In this document: in pieces, positions 18,049 to 28,554 of the stretch | How the letters are laid out: the number at the start of each line of letters is the position of its first letter | Numbering within the stretch: position 1 is the first letter of the stretch | DNA from: an uncultured beta proteobacterium | Lineage (GTDB): Bacteria > Pseudomonadota > Gammaproteobacteria > Burkholderiales > Rhodocyclaceae | NCBI GenBank assembly: GCA_903886975.1 | Contig: CAISOB010000056.1 | Span: forward strand, 4,935-68,934 | Direction of reading: 5' to 3' | Length of the DNA: 64,000 bases | Position numbers and translations under genes: made by a program | Notes under the pieces: generated by a model | The model's database searches: none | The model's input: the letters and a program-made list of their open reading frames with translations, nothing else | Told to the model about the DNA's origin: nothing

Positions 18049-20667
18049 TCAAGCCAGTGCCTTGTCAACAACCTCAAACACGTCGCGTGACAGGCCCGGC
18101 CGCTGCTTCAGCGATTCGAGCGCCGCGCGCGCATGGCCCTGGCGCACGGCGTCGAAGCGCCGCCAGCGGTCGAAGCAGCGCGTGAGGCGCGCGGCGATTT
18201 GCGGATTGAGCGGGTCGAGCACTGCGATCTCGCCGGCGAGGAAGCGGTAGCCCTCCCCGTCCGCTGCGTGGAAGTGGCGATGATTGGCGCCGAAGCTGCG
18301 CAGCAGCGCATAGACTTTGTTCGGGTTGCGCCGATCGAACGCTTCGTGACGCGTGAGCGCCTCGACGCGCGCCAGCGTTCCGGGCAAGTGGCTGCCGGCC
18401 TGCACGGCCAGCCACTTGTCGACCGCCAGCGCCTCGCTGCGCCAGCGAGTATAGAAAGCCGCAATCGCCGCCGCGCCGGCCTCATGCGTGCCCGGCGCGT
18501 TGGCCAGGACGGCCAGCGCGGAGAATTCGTCCGTCATATTGTCGGCGGCAGCGAATTGTTGTTGCGCGAGCGCGCGATATTCGCTCGAGTCGAGTTCGTT
18601 GAGGTAAGCGAGACAAAGATTGCGCAAACGCCGGCGCGCGACCTGGCCCGATTCAGGCTGGTACGCGCCGCTCGGCGCCAGAGCCGAGTACACGCTGGCA
18701 AACTCGCTCGCCAGGCCCGTGGCCAGATAACGCGCGAGGCCGCTGCGCGCGGCGTGCAGCGCTTCCGGATCGACGATATCCATCTGCTCGGCGAGCGTCG
18801 CTTCGCCGGGCAGGGTCAGCGCCTCGGCGATGAAAGCCGGATCGCCGCCGCCGCGCAGCACTTCGCGCGCGGCTTCGAGCACGCTTTCCGGCCAGCGCAC
18901 GGATTGCGCCGCGCCGCCGCGCGCCGCCGCGAGAATCAGCTGGCCGAACAGCCGCTGCCCGGCTTCCCAGCGGTTGAAGGGATCGCTGTCGTGCGCGAGC
19001 AGATGCGCGAGTTCGGCTTCGCTGTACGCGAATTCGAGGACGACCGGCGCCGAGAAATTGCGCAGCAACGACGGGACCGGTGGCACCCGGATATTTTCGA
19101 AAACGAAAGTCTGTTGCGGCTCGGTCAACTGCAGGACGCGCGTCGTGCCTGCGCCATTGCCGAGGTCAAGATCGCCGCCATCCAGGCCGAGCAGTCCGAC
19201 GGCGACGGGAATCAGGTAAGGCGCCTTTTCGCCTTGCCCGGGCGACGCGATGCAGTGCTGGCTCAGCGACAGGGTGTAGCTCAAGCGCTTCGCGTCATAA
19301 CTGCCGTGAGCGGTCACTGTCGGCGTTCCGGCCTGGCTGTACCAGGCCATGAAGGGTTTGAAATCGAAGCCGGCGGCATCGCCCATCGCCGCGACGAAAT
19401 CGTCGCAGGTCACGGCCTGCCCGTCGTGGCGCGCGAAGTAGAGGTCCATGCCGCGCCGGAAAGCGTCCTTGCCGATCAGCGTATGGATCATGCGCACGAC
19501 TTCGGCGCCTTTCTCATAGACGGTCGCCGTGTAGAAGTTATTGATTTCGAGATAGCTTTCGGGCCGCACCGGATGCGCCATCGGACCGGCATCTTCGGGA
19601 AACTGCGCGGCGCGCAGGCCGCGCACTTCGCGAATGCGGGCCGTCTCGCGGCTGTGCCTGTCGGCGCCGAATTGCTGGTCGCGGAAAACCGTCAGCCCTT
19701 CCTTCAAGGACAACTGGAACCAGTCGCGGCAGGTGACGCGGTTGCCGGTCCAGTTGTGGAAATATTCGTGCGCGATGACCCGGTCGATGTTCTCGAAATC
19801 GACGTCGGTGGCCAGATCGGCGCGCGCCAGGATGTACTTGGTGTTGAAGACGTTGAGGCCCTTGTTCTCCATGGCGCCCATGTTGAAGTCGCCGACCGCG
19901 ACGATCATGTAGTGGTCGAGATCGCACTCGAGGCCGAAAGTCTCTTCATCCCAGCGCATCGCTTTCTTGAGCGCGGCCATGGCGTGTGCGCACTGATCGA
20001 GCTTGCCCGGCTCGACGTAAATCGCCAGCTGCACGTCGCGGCCCGAAGTGGTCCGGTAGCTGTCGCGCCGCACATCGAGTTTGCCGGCGACCAGCGCGAA
20101 GAGATAGCAGGGCTTCTTGAACGGGTCCTCCCAGCTTGCATAATGGCGGCCGTCGGCCTCATCGCCGCTGCCTGCGGGGTTGCCGTTGGAAAGCAGGATG
20201 GGGAAAGCGGACTTGTCGGCATGAATGGTGACGCTGTAGCGGGCCATCACGTCGGGCCGGTCGAGGAACCAGGTGATGCGGCGGAAGCCCTGCGCCTCGC
20301 ATTGCGTAAAGTAGCCGTCAGCGCTGCGATAGAGTCCCGAAAGCTGGGTGTTATGGTCCGGCCGGATGCGCACGCGCGTTTGCAAAGTGCAGTTCGCCGG
20401 CGGCGCGTTCACGATCAGCTGCTGCTCGCTCAGGCGATAGGCGTCGGCCGTGAGCGACTGACCATCAATGCTGACCGAGAGGGTTTCGAGATGGTCACCG
20501 TCGAGCGTGAGCGGCGCCGTGCCGGCGACCGCAGCATTGCGTAAACAACGTAGCGTGGCGGTCACCACGGTCCCCTCGGCACGAATATCGACATCGAGGT
20601 GAACGGTGCTGATCAGCCAGGGCGGCGGCGTATAGTCGATCAGTCGGACGGGCATGGCATTGGGCAT
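18049..20667 (-). CDS. pepN: Aminopeptidase N (M1)
   Basis: FTQCEAQGFRRIT, GAMENKGLN and HEYFHNWTG motifs; C-terminal NPNKV..L. Confidence 0.97.
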   Translation of the reverse strand: MPNAMPVRLIDYTPPPWLISTVHLDVDIRAEGTVVTATLRCLRNAAVAGTAPLTLDGDHLETLSVSIDGQSLTADAYRLSEQQLIVNAPPANCTLQTRVRIRPDHNTQLSGLYRSADGYFTQCEAQGFRRITWFLDRPDVMARYSVTIHADKSAFPILLSNGNPAGSGDEADGRHYASWEDPFKKPCYLFALVAGKLDVRRDSYRTTSGRDVQLAIYVEPGKLDQCAHAMAALKKAMRWDEETFGLECDLDHYMIVAVGDFNMGAMENKGLNVFNTKYILARADLATDVDFENIDRVIAHEYFHNWTGNRVTCRDWFQLSLKEGLTVFRDQQFGADRHSRETARIREVRGLRAAQFPEDAGPMAHPVRPESYLEINNFYTATVYEKGAEVVRMIHTLIGKDAFRRGMDLYFARHDGQAVTCDDFVAAMGDAAGFDFKPFMAWYSQAGTPTVTAHGSYDAKRLSYTLSLSQHCIASPGQGEKAPYLIPVAVGLLGLDGGDLDLGNGAGTTRVLQLTEPQQTFVFENIRVPPVPSLLRNFSAPVVLEFAYSEAELAHLLAHDSDPFNRWEAGQRLFGQLILAAARGGAAQSVRWPESVLEAAREVLRGGGDPAFIAEALTLPGEATLAEQMDIVDPEALHAARSGLARYLATGLASEFASVYSALAPSGAYQPESGQVARRRLRNLCLAYLNELDSSEYRALAQQQFAAADNMTDEFSALAVLANAPGTHEAGAAAIAAFYTRWRSEALAVDKWLAVQAGSHLPGTLARVEALTRHEAFDRRNPNKVYALLRSFGANHRHFHAADGEGYRFLAGEIAVLDPLNPQIAARLTRCFDRWRRFDAVRQGHARAALESLKQRPGLSRDVFEVVDKALA

Positions 20668-20846
20668 GGGTCTTGTATTCCGCAGGAGGTTCAAACACGA
20701 TGATAAGGGAAAAGTCTTGGCAATGCCTCGGCCCCGGGGCCGGCACCCTCCGGCAAGGCGAAACTTTTGCCGCCGGGCGCTGACAAACCTTCGCTTTTCG
20801 AGCCTTCCCTGAAAATGATGCCGTTCAACTAAAACGAGGAATCACT

Positions 20847-21350
20847 ATGACAACGACAGTCACCCGTGCCGGCAGCCCGATCGAGGTCGCCGGCGATTTC
20901 CCGAAAAAAGGCGCCAAGGCACCGGCCTTCTCGCTCGTCGACGCGGACCTCGCTGACCGCACACTCGAGAACTACGCGGGCAAGCGCAAGGTCTTGAACA
21001 TCTTCCCGAGCATCGATACGCCGACCTGTGCAATGTCGGTGCGCAAGTTCAACCAGCGCGCCAACGATCTGACCAATACCGTCGTGCTGTGCATTTCCGC
21101 CGACCTGCCTTTCGCGCAAAAACGCTTTTGCGCGGCCGAGGGGCTGGCCAATGTCGTCAACCTGTCGACCTTGCGCGGCAGCGAATTCTTCAAGAACTAC
21201 GGTGTCGCTCTTGCCAGCGGCCCGATGGCCGGCCTGGCGGCGCGCGCGGTCGTCGTTCTCGACGAGAACAACACGGTACTGCATAGCGAACTCGTTCCCG
21301 AGATCAAGAGCGAACCGGATTACGACGCCGCGATCAAGGCCTTGGGCTGA
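20847..21350 (+). CDS. tpx: Thiol peroxidase
   Basis: [24 protein letters not shown] and ELVPEI..EPDYDAA. Confidence 0.97.
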   Translation: MTTTVTRAGSPIEVAGDFPKKGAKAPAFSLVDADLADRTLENYAGKRKVLNIFPSIDTPTCAMSVRKFNQRANDLTNTVVLCISADLPFAQKRFCAAEGLANVVNLSTLRGSEFFKNYGVALASGPMAGLAARAVVVLDENNTVLHSELVPEIKSEPDYDAAIKALG

Positions 21351-21951
21351 GCGCCGGGCCGGCGGCCCAGGCGCGGTAGACGCGCAGCGCCACTTGCGCG
21401 TCGTTGGCGGCGTACAGCAGCTGGCGTTCGGCCAGGCGCGCGCTGGCCCAGTTGCTGGTGCCGATCTTCTTCGACTTCTGCAGGCGCGCCGCGAAGAAGT
21501 GCGCGACGGCGACCTTCGCACCGACGGTTCCCGGATGTTCTTCGCTGCGCAGCTCTTCCCCGAGGTCGAGGAAATGTTTGAGCTCGATATCCAGCCTCGA
21601 TTTCAACACGCTCAGGTCGTTGCCCAAGCCAAAGCCGACCTTGAGCACGCGCGGTGATTCGAGAATGGTCTTCAGCTCGGGCGCGGCTGGCAAGCGCGGG
21701 ATCTGGAACAGGTAGACCCGCGTCTCGAGCGCGAGCTGAACGAGGTGCGGGCCGGTCGACTGCTCGCCCTTGAGAAAAGTCGGCTTCGACTCGGTATCGA
21801 AACCGATTACATCGGCCGCCAGCAGCGCGGCCAGCGCTTCGTCGGCGAGCCCCGGCGAATCGACCACGGTGATATCGGCCAGGGTAATTCCAGCGTAGGC
21901 CGGGAGATCGGCGGCGCGCAGCGCTGCCCGGTTGAAAGAAACGTCGCTCAA
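21334..21951 (-). CDS. 3'-5' exonuclease (DEDDy, WRN/RNase D-like)
   Basis: GFDTE, GNDL and YAANDA Exo motifs; probable TTG start at 21951 next to the upstream stop. Confidence 0.85.
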   Translation of the reverse strand: MSDVSFNRAALRAADLPAYAGITLADITVVDSPGLADEALAALLAADVIGFDTESKPTFLKGEQSTGPHLVQLALETRVYLFQIPRLPAAPELKTILESPRVLKVGFGLGNDLSVLKSRLDIELKHFLDLGEELRSEEHPGTVGAKVAVAHFFAARLQKSKKIGTSNWASARLAERQLLYAANDAQVALRVYRAWAAGPALSPRP

Positions 21952-21952
21952 G

Positions 21953-22630
21953 TCAGCGCTCCGCCATCCGGGCGGCGAGCCAGGTCCCGATCGCATCGAT
22001 TTCTTCCGGGCAGACCGAATGCGGCATGTGGTATTCAAGCCACTGCACGCGATAGCCGTTGTGCACGAGAAAATCGCGTGCGGCGCGGCCCAGCGCGATC
22101 GACAGCACCTGGTCTTCGCGGCCATGCGCAGCGAAAACCGGAATCGCCTTGTTGATCTCGGTCGCGTCCTCGAGCAGGCGCGCAGGACTCGGAATGTAGG
22201 TCGACAGCGCGATCAAGCCGGCAAGTTTCTCCGGGTAGCTCAGCGCGGTCGTGTAGGCGATGGCCCCGCCTTGCGAGAAACCGGCGAGAAAGATTCGGTC
22301 GCTGGCCATGCCGCGCTCATTTTCGCGCGCGATCAGGCGACCGACCGCCTCAACGGACGCGGTGATCCCGGCCTCGTCGACGCGACGGCTGTTGCTCTCC
22401 AGCGAAATGATGTCGTACCAGGCTCGCATCGCGTAGCCGCCGTTGCAGGTGACCGGGATGACCGGCGCGTGCGGAAAAATGAAGCGGACGCCGGGCGGCT
22501 CATCCAGCCCCAGTTCCGGCACCACGGGGACAAAATCCGAGCCATCGGCGCCGAGGCCGTGCAGCCAGATGACCGAGAACTCCGGATTGTCGTGCGTCTC
22601 GACTTCGATAGCGGGCAATAAATCGTGCAA
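21953..22630 (-). CDS. Carboxylesterase/phospholipase (alpha/beta hydrolase)
   Basis: WLHGLGADG, MRAWYDI, GFSQGG nucleophile motif and MPHSV. Confidence 0.93.
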   Translation of the reverse strand: MHDLLPAIEVETHDNPEFSVIWLHGLGADGSDFVPVVPELGLDEPPGVRFIFPHAPVIPVTCNGGYAMRAWYDIISLESNSRRVDEAGITASVEAVGRLIARENERGMASDRIFLAGFSQGGAIAYTTALSYPEKLAGLIALSTYIPSPARLLEDATEINKAIPVFAAHGREDQVLSIALGRAARDFLVHNGYRVQWLEYHMPHSVCPEEIDAIGTWLAARMAER

Positions 22631-22835
22631 TGAAATCTCCTGATCAAGAGCGATTACGACTTGCTAGTGTATTGGATACGGTCGCCTTGTACGAATTGTT
22701 GCTTCTCGCGACGGCAAAATTCCGGTTCGGCGTTACACTCTCATCCCTGCGCGTCGCCGATCGACGCCTCGCGCCTCCTCCCACCCGCGCCGCGTTTGAC
22801 CCGTGGCCCCTTGCACAACCTCGAAAGCCGATTCC

Positions 22836-23321
22836 ATGCACCCTGTCCACGATACGGATGTCGTCCTGCTGATGGCCACGGCCCTGGCGGCAAAGCGGCG
22901 GCCGGCCGAATTGGTCGAGATCATCGCGGCCACCGATCTACTGGCCGGCGCAATCCCCTCCGAAGGAAAACTCGCCGATGCGTTTCAACGGCTCTCCGCC
23001 TGCGGCTTGATCTGCGCCGTCGGGGACGCCTACACGCTGTCGCCGGAAGCGCAGAAGATCATGAGCGGCACACGCCGAAAAGCCGATACGCAGGAGCGCA
23101 TCGTCAACATCAAAGAGAAGCTCGCCGCCTTCGCAGCGCAAGGTGAATCTGCGGCGATCACGTTCAGCGCCGCGCAACTCGGCGCGGCGATTCTCGCGCA
23201 CCGAACGGCCGTCAAAGCGCCCGGCAAGAACCTGCTCCTGCCCAAGCCGCAAGCAGACGCCGCCACCAAGCCCGGGCAGCGCCAGCGCAAACCCTTGCCC
23301 AGCAACCGGCGCAAGGCATGA
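22836..23321 (+). CDS. Hypothetical protein coupled to dbpA
   Basis: Backbone-like codon usage; ATGA overlap with the dbpA start. Confidence 0.65.
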   Translation: MHPVHDTDVVLLMATALAAKRRPAELVEIIAATDLLAGAIPSEGKLADAFQRLSACGLICAVGDAYTLSPEAQKIMSGTRRKADTQERIVNIKEKLAAFAAQGESAAITFSAAQLGAAILAHRTAVKAPGKNLLLPKPQADAATKPGQRQRKPLPSNRRKA

Positions 23322-24739
23322 TCGACGAATCCGCAACAAATCCGGCCGGCGCTTCCTTCGACGTGCTGCCGCTCTCGCCGCGCGTCCTCGCCACCTTGCA
23401 GCAACTCGGCTACCTGACGATGACACCGATCCAGGCCGCCAGCCTGCCGATCGCTCTCGCCGGCCACGACCTGATCGCCCAGGCCAAGACCGGCAGCGGC
23501 AAGACGGCGGCCTTCGCGCTGACGCTGCTGACCAACTTGAATCCGCGCCGCTTCGCCGTGCAGGCCATGGTGCTGTGCCCGACGCGCGAGCTTGCCGACC
23601 AGGTGACGCAGGAAATCCGGCGCCTGGCACGCAGCGAAGACAATCTCAAGACCATCGCGCTCTGCGGCGGCACGACGCTGCGCCCGCAAATCGCCAGCCT
23701 CGAGCACGGCGCGCATATCGTCGTCGGCACACCGGGGCGCATCATGGATCACCTCGAGCGCGGCAGCCTCAAGCTCGATGCGCTGGGCACCCTGGTGCTC
23801 GATGAAGCCGACCGCATGCTCGACATGGGTTTCTACGACGATATCGCCTGCATCGCCAAGCGTTGCCCGGAAAAGCGCCAGACGCTGCTGTTCTCGGCGA
23901 CCTACCCGGAGGGCATCGCCAGCCTGGCGCGCCTGTTCCTACGCGACCCGCAGGAAGTGAAACTGCTCGAGCAGCACGCCGGCAGCAAGATACGCCAGCG
24001 CTTCTACGCGGTGAAACACGACGAGCGCCTGGCCGCGGTCGCCATGCTGCTCAAGCACTATCGCCCGGTCAGCGCGCTCGCTTTCTGCAACACCAAGCAG
24101 CAGTGTCGCGACCTGGTCGAGCTGCTGCAAGCGCAGGGCTTTCATGCCCTGACCCTGAACGGCGATCTCGAACAGCGCGAGCGCGACCAGGTGCTGATCC
24201 AGTTCGCCAATCGCAGCTGCCCGGTGCTCGTCGCTACCGATGTCGCGGCGCGCGGCCTCGATATCGCGCAGCTCGAAGTGGTGATCAACGTCGATGTCAC
24301 GCCCGATCCGGAGATTTACACCCACCGCATCGGCCGCACCGGCCGCGCCGACGAGGACGGCTGGGCGTTCAGCCTGTGCGCGCCGGCTGACAAGCGCCGT
24401 GTTGCGGCGATCGCCGCAATGACCGGCGGCGAACCCGAATGGCACAGCCTGGGCGCGCTGCAAAACGGCGACGATGCACCGCCGCTGCCGGCCATGGTCA
24501 CGCTGCAGGTGCTCGGCGGACGCAAGGAAAAAATCCGCGCCGGCGATATCCTGGGCGCCCTGACCGGCGAGGCCGGCGGCGATTTCAAGTTCACCCGCGA
24601 ACAGGTCGGCAAAATTACCGTGACCGAACAATCGACCTACATTGCCGTGGCGCGCGGCCTGGCCCGCGCCGCCATCGACAAACTCTCGGCCGGCAAGGTC
24701 AAGGGCAAGAGCGTTAAGGTCCGCTTCCTGGAAGATTGA
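23318..24739 (+). CDS. dbpA: ATP-dependent RNA helicase DbpA
   Basis: AKTGSGKT, PTRELA, DEAD, SAT and HRIGRTGR motifs; C-terminal GGRKEKIRAGDILGAL RNA-binding domain. Confidence 0.96.
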   Translation: MIDESATNPAGASFDVLPLSPRVLATLQQLGYLTMTPIQAASLPIALAGHDLIAQAKTGSGKTAAFALTLLTNLNPRRFAVQAMVLCPTRELADQVTQEIRRLARSEDNLKTIALCGGTTLRPQIASLEHGAHIVVGTPGRIMDHLERGSLKLDALGTLVLDEADRMLDMGFYDDIACIAKRCPEKRQTLLFSATYPEGIASLARLFLRDPQEVKLLEQHAGSKIRQRFYAVKHDERLAAVAMLLKHYRPVSALAFCNTKQQCRDLVELLQAQGFHALTLNGDLEQRERDQVLIQFANRSCPVLVATDVAARGLDIAQLEVVINVDVTPDPEIYTHRIGRTGRADEDGWAFSLCAPADKRRVAAIAAMTGGEPEWHSLGALQNGDDAPPLPAMVTLQVLGGRKEKIRAGDILGALTGEAGGDFKFTREQVGKITVTEQSTYIAVARGLARAAIDKLSAGKVKGKSVKVRFLED

Positions 24740-24978
24740 GTACCAAGCGGGTGCCCGCGAAAATTTTCGGGGCTGAGCCTGCCGGATCTCGTCCAACTTT
24801 CGGCAGACTCAGGGCGAGCGGACTTCAAAAACCGTCTCGCCGGGCCGATAAGCTTGCCGCCTGACACCATCTCCCGCCTTCACGCTTGCTTACAACTCAA
24901 GACAAACCCTTACGCAAGCGCGTCGGTCATCGCCGCATGCGGCGCGTTATTGAAAGGGTAGTCTTACCGGAGCTGATC

Positions 24979-25125
24979 ATGAAAAAGATTGTCCTTCTCG
25001 TTATCGCCGTGCTTGCCCTCACCTCCCTCTCGGCCTGTGTGATCGCGCCGCCTTTCGCCTATCCCTATTACGGCGAGCCGCATCGGCACTACTATCACGA
25101 TGGCGACTGGGGGCGGCACTGGTAG
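24979..25125 (+). CDS. Small predicted lipoprotein (48 aa)
   Basis: MKK plus hydrophobic core and lipobox LSAC; SD-like GGAG upstream. Confidence 0.75.
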   Translation: MKKIVLLVIAVLALTSLSACVIAPPFAYPYYGEPHRHYYHDGDWGRHW

Positions 25126-25279
25126 GCCCGATACGGTTCCAAAAAGAATGTAAGTGACGCTGGGCGGCGGTACAATCAAGGGCGCAAGCCGCCCCAAACC
25201 GCTCCGAATGCTCTTGCAGGCGACCGCAATTCCGGCTTCCCGATGCCGGCCCGCAATATCCTCGCCATTGAGCCCAGCA

Positions 25280-25687
25280 ATGAACTGCCTGTCTTCTTTC
25301 TTATTGAAACGTATCGTCCTGATCGTTTTCCTGCTTGGCGCCCTGCCTGCCTTGTCCAGCGAGCACGGTGGCGCTGCTTCCGCGCCGGCGCCGATGCAGT
25401 TCATCGTCAATATCGGCGATTCGGTGGCGACGATGCGCGTCCTGCAGGTCACCATCGCCCTCGAATTTGCCCACGCCGAAGCAGCGCAGCTCTTGGCCGC
25501 GATCCGGCCCAAGGTTCAGCACCGAATCATTCTTCTGCTCTCCAGCGAACAGGTCGCCAGCTTGCAGACGGTCAAGGGCAAGCAGGATTTGCAGGGGCGG
25601 CTGCTCAGCGAACTCAACGGTTTGATCGACGAGACCAGCGAGACCGGCGTCAGTGAAGTGTTCTTCACGAACTTCATCATTCAGTGA
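25280..25687 (+). CDS. fliL: FliL-like protein
   Basis: FIVNI...LQVTIALE, PKVQHRIILLLS, KGKQDL...LN and VSEVFFTNFIIQ terminus. Confidence 0.8.
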   Translation: MNCLSSFLLKRIVLIVFLLGALPALSSEHGGAASAPAPMQFIVNIGDSVATMRVLQVTIALEFAHAEAAQLLAAIRPKVQHRIILLLSSEQVASLQTVKGKQDLQGRLLSELNGLIDETSETGVSEVFFTNFIIQ

Positions 25688-25717
25688 ACAAAGCCGGCGG
25701 GCTGCGCCGCCGGCTGG

Positions 25718-26902
25718 CTACGCGCCGCGGCTCTTGGCGAGAAGCGCCAGAGGAAAGCGCACGAATTTGCGCAACACACCGGACAGCAGGCGCCGCGCTG
25801 CAGACGGCGGCAGGCCGCCGGCACATTCGACGCGATTGCGGCCTTTGTGCTTGGCCTGGTAGAGCGCCTTGTCGGCGGCGGCCAACAACTGCTCGGCGCA
25901 TTGCGGATTATCGTCGGCGAGATTCCTTGCCGGCAGCATCGACAATCCGATCGAGATGGTCACCTTGATCGCCTGTCCGGAATGCGCCTTGAACGGTTTC
26001 TCTTCGACGCTGGCGCGAATCCGTTCGGCGATGTGATGCGCATGGTGCAGCTCCGATTTCGGCAAGAGCGCGACAAATTCCTCGCCGCCATAGCGGGCGA
26101 TCGTATCGCCCGAGCGCAGCTGCGATTGAATCAGCCTGGCCACCCCGCGCAGCACCTCGTCTCCGGTCTGATGCCCGTAACTGTCGTTGATGCGTTTGAA
26201 CTTGTCGATATCGAGGAAGATGCACGCCAGCGGATGCTTGTAGCGGCGCGCCTGACTGATTTCCACCGGGCAGCGGTGCTCGAAGTAACGGCGGTTCTGC
26301 ACGCCGGTCAGCACGTCGGTCAGACCGACCATCTTCAATCGTTCCTGCGAGAGCGCGTTCTCCAGGCAGATGGCGACGATCTGCGCCAGGCGCTCGAGGA
26401 AATCCGTTGCGCAGGCGCTGTTGTAGCGGTCCGCGGACGCGCTGCCGACATTCAGGCTGCCGATCAGTTCGCCGCGCCGGGTGAGCGGCAGAAGGGCGAC
26501 GCTACGAATGGCGCCGGTCTTGAATAGCGCCTGGTGTCGCCCAGCGTCGAACTCGCCCAGACAGGGGCGTCGCTTTTCGCCATACTGGATATCGAGCGCT
26601 TGCGCCGAACCGAGCAGCGTCAAGTCGGAAAAGCCCGTTTCGTCGAGCGGCCCGTTCTCAAGAATCTGCCGCGCCTCATCGTCGCGATCGACCAGCGCGA
26701 GAGTGACGTATTCTACCGCGAAAGCCTGCTTGTATTCGCATAGCAGCAGGCGCAGCAATTCGCGCAGCGAGCCCGCGGCGATCAGCTGCCGCTCGAGTTG
26801 GTCGAAACGGCGCATCTTGTCTTCATTGCACCGCGCCTCATTGAGCAGCGCTTCCAGCTGCTGGCGCAAAGAGAAATTCTCGGACTGCAGTGGACTGTTC
26901 AT
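25718..26902 (-). CDS. Diguanylate cyclase with N-terminal GAF-like (DUF484-like) domain
   Basis: DVLTGVQNRR, DIDKFKRIND..GHQTGD, RSGD I-site and GGEEF active site. Confidence 0.9.
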   Translation of the reverse strand: MNSPLQSENFSLRQQLEALLNEARCNEDKMRRFDQLERQLIAAGSLRELLRLLLCEYKQAFAVEYVTLALVDRDDEARQILENGPLDETGFSDLTLLGSAQALDIQYGEKRRPCLGEFDAGRHQALFKTGAIRSVALLPLTRRGELIGSLNVGSASADRYNSACATDFLERLAQIVAICLENALSQERLKMVGLTDVLTGVQNRRYFEHRCPVEISQARRYKHPLACIFLDIDKFKRINDSYGHQTGDEVLRGVARLIQSQLRSGDTIARYGGEEFVALLPKSELHHAHHIAERIRASVEEKPFKAHSGQAIKVTISIGLSMLPARNLADDNPQCAEQLLAAADKALYQAKHKGRNRVECAGGLPPSAARRLLSGVLRKFVRFPLALLAKSRGA

Positions 26903-27006
26903 TGTTATTTTAACGGCATGAAAATCAGATTCTTCAGTGCATTCTGAAGCCAAGGCAGATCATGCCGATGACTTAAGCGCAATCCGGCGCGCAACGTCAG
27001 ATGAAT

Positions 27007-27321
27007 TCAGCCCGGCCGGGCGCCGCCGCCGAAGAAGCGCTTGAACACCTTGTAGGGAAAGCACACCAGCTTTACCAGCCAGGGCCAGAGCCAGGCAATG
27101 ATCAAGGTCGGGATGCCAATGATGAACAGCGCCGCCAAAACACCCATCCTGACGTCGGCATTCGGCGAATCCCAGAACAACCACAGGACAAAGACCCCGA
27201 GGCTCCAGAAGGCGCCCAGGCGTACCCCTTTGTGCGCATCGAGACAGACCCAGCGAAAGAACCCACCGGCGATAAAGGGGAGGATGAAGAACACGAATAT
27301 TTCAACGGGTTTCCAGGACAT
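27007..27321 (-). CDS. Small membrane hypothetical protein
   Basis: 104 aa, about three hydrophobic segments; no family recognised. Confidence 0.6.
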   Translation of the reverse strand: MSWKPVEIFVFFILPFIAGGFFRWVCLDAHKGVRLGAFWSLGVFVLWLFWDSPNADVRMGVLAALFIIGIPTLIIAWLWPWLVKLVCFPYKVFKRFFGGGARPG

Positions 27322-27558
27322 CAGCGATCACTCCGGCGGCTGGTGACGCAGTATAAGACAAATTGACGCAGGCCATCCCCGCGACATTTCAAATTGGCTC
27401 TCCGAATGCCGGAAACATTTTGTCCGTTATACTTCCACTCGCGCATCGATCGATGAGGCCAAGGCTTCGAATGAATCGGCCAATGCGTGGTCAGACGGCG
27501 ACGCAGTGAGTCAAAATGAGCTAAATTACGAAATATCGATGACAACAGGAGAAATGAA

Positions 27559-27846
27559 ATGTCGGAAAAAACAACCCCGCGCCGCCAGTTCCTGAAGATC
27601 GGCGGCGCCGCCCTGGCCATGATCCCGGTCATGATTGTTTCCGGTCGCAGCGAAGCGGCGACCAATGCCGCTTTGCGCACCGCACTGAAATACCAGGCCA
27701 AGCCCGAAGGCGACAAGCGTTGCGGCACCTGCCTGCAATTCATCCCCGGCAAGACTGCCACCGCACCGGGCGGCTGCAAGGTCATTCCGAATGACACGGA
27801 AATATCGCCGCAGGGCTATTGCACGGCCTGGGTCAAGAAGCCCTGA
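27559..27846 (+). CDS. hip: High-potential iron-sulfur protein (HiPIP), Tat signal
   Basis: PRRQFLK Tat motif; four Cys in CGTC..F...GCKV...ISPQGYCTAW; ALKY. Confidence 0.93.
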   Translation: MSEKTTPRRQFLKIGGAALAMIPVMIVSGRSEAATNAALRTALKYQAKPEGDKRCGTCLQFIPGKTATAPGGCKVIPNDTEISPQGYCTAWVKKP

Positions 27847-27950
27847 CCAATCCGCTTGTGCCGATACACCGCAGTAAAGCCGGCGTCCGGCACGGCCGAT
27901 GAGCAGCGGGCGAACATGCAAAGCCCGATGAGGCGATAAAGGGAGACAGA

Positions 27951-28520
27951 ATGCCGGAAAGTGCACGCACGCACTACGGATCGATTGCGCAGATATTCCA
28001 TTGGATTACGGCGATCCTGGTGCTGATCGCATTCATCTACGGGCCGGGAGGATCCGAGCAGCGCGTGTATTTGCCGAGCCGCGATTTTGACCGGCAACTG
28101 CACGAGACCCTGGGTCTGTGCGTCTTTGCGCTCGCTTCTTTGCGCGTCATGTGGCGCCTGGTCGACAAGCAGCCCGATCCGCCGCAGATTGCCCGCTGGA
28201 TGGAAATTGCCGGGAAGTCGGTGCAGGGTCTGCTCTACCTGCTGCTATTTGCGGTGCCAATGACGGCAATTGCCGGCGCCTGGCTTGAAGGGCATCCGCT
28301 GACGCTGCTCGCCGGCCTGCAGATTCAATCCCCGGTCGGAGCGGCACACGATCTCGGTTTGAGGTCCGCCAAGATTCACACCCAGCTCGGCGACGCGATT
28401 CTCTGGCTGGCCGGATTGCACGCGCTGGCAGCGATCTACCATCATGCCGTCCTCAAGGATCGCGTGCTGACTTCGATGCTGCCGCGCTGGCTGCGCCTGC
28501 GACAAGCGGACGGGCGTTGA
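27951..28520 (+). CDS. Cytochrome b561 (CybB/YceJ-like)
   Basis: YGSIAQIFHW, LHETLG, KIH and LHALAAIYHH..LKD; four TM segments. Confidence 0.9.
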   Translation: MPESARTHYGSIAQIFHWITAILVLIAFIYGPGGSEQRVYLPSRDFDRQLHETLGLCVFALASLRVMWRLVDKQPDPPQIARWMEIAGKSVQGLLYLLLFAVPMTAIAGAWLEGHPLTLLAGLQIQSPVGAAHDLGLRSAKIHTQLGDAILWLAGLHALAAIYHHAVLKDRVLTSMLPRWLRLRQADGR

Positions 28521-28554
28521 GGCGAGCCAGCTTTTCGACTGGCGCGCGCAAACC

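Noticed and set aside
18133-20544. 803-aa antisense ORF to pepN and similar long shadow ORFs (1167-2774, 42342-44240, 43936-45795, 62046-63434)
   Set aside because: Expected from high-GC codon bias opposite real genes; no motifs.
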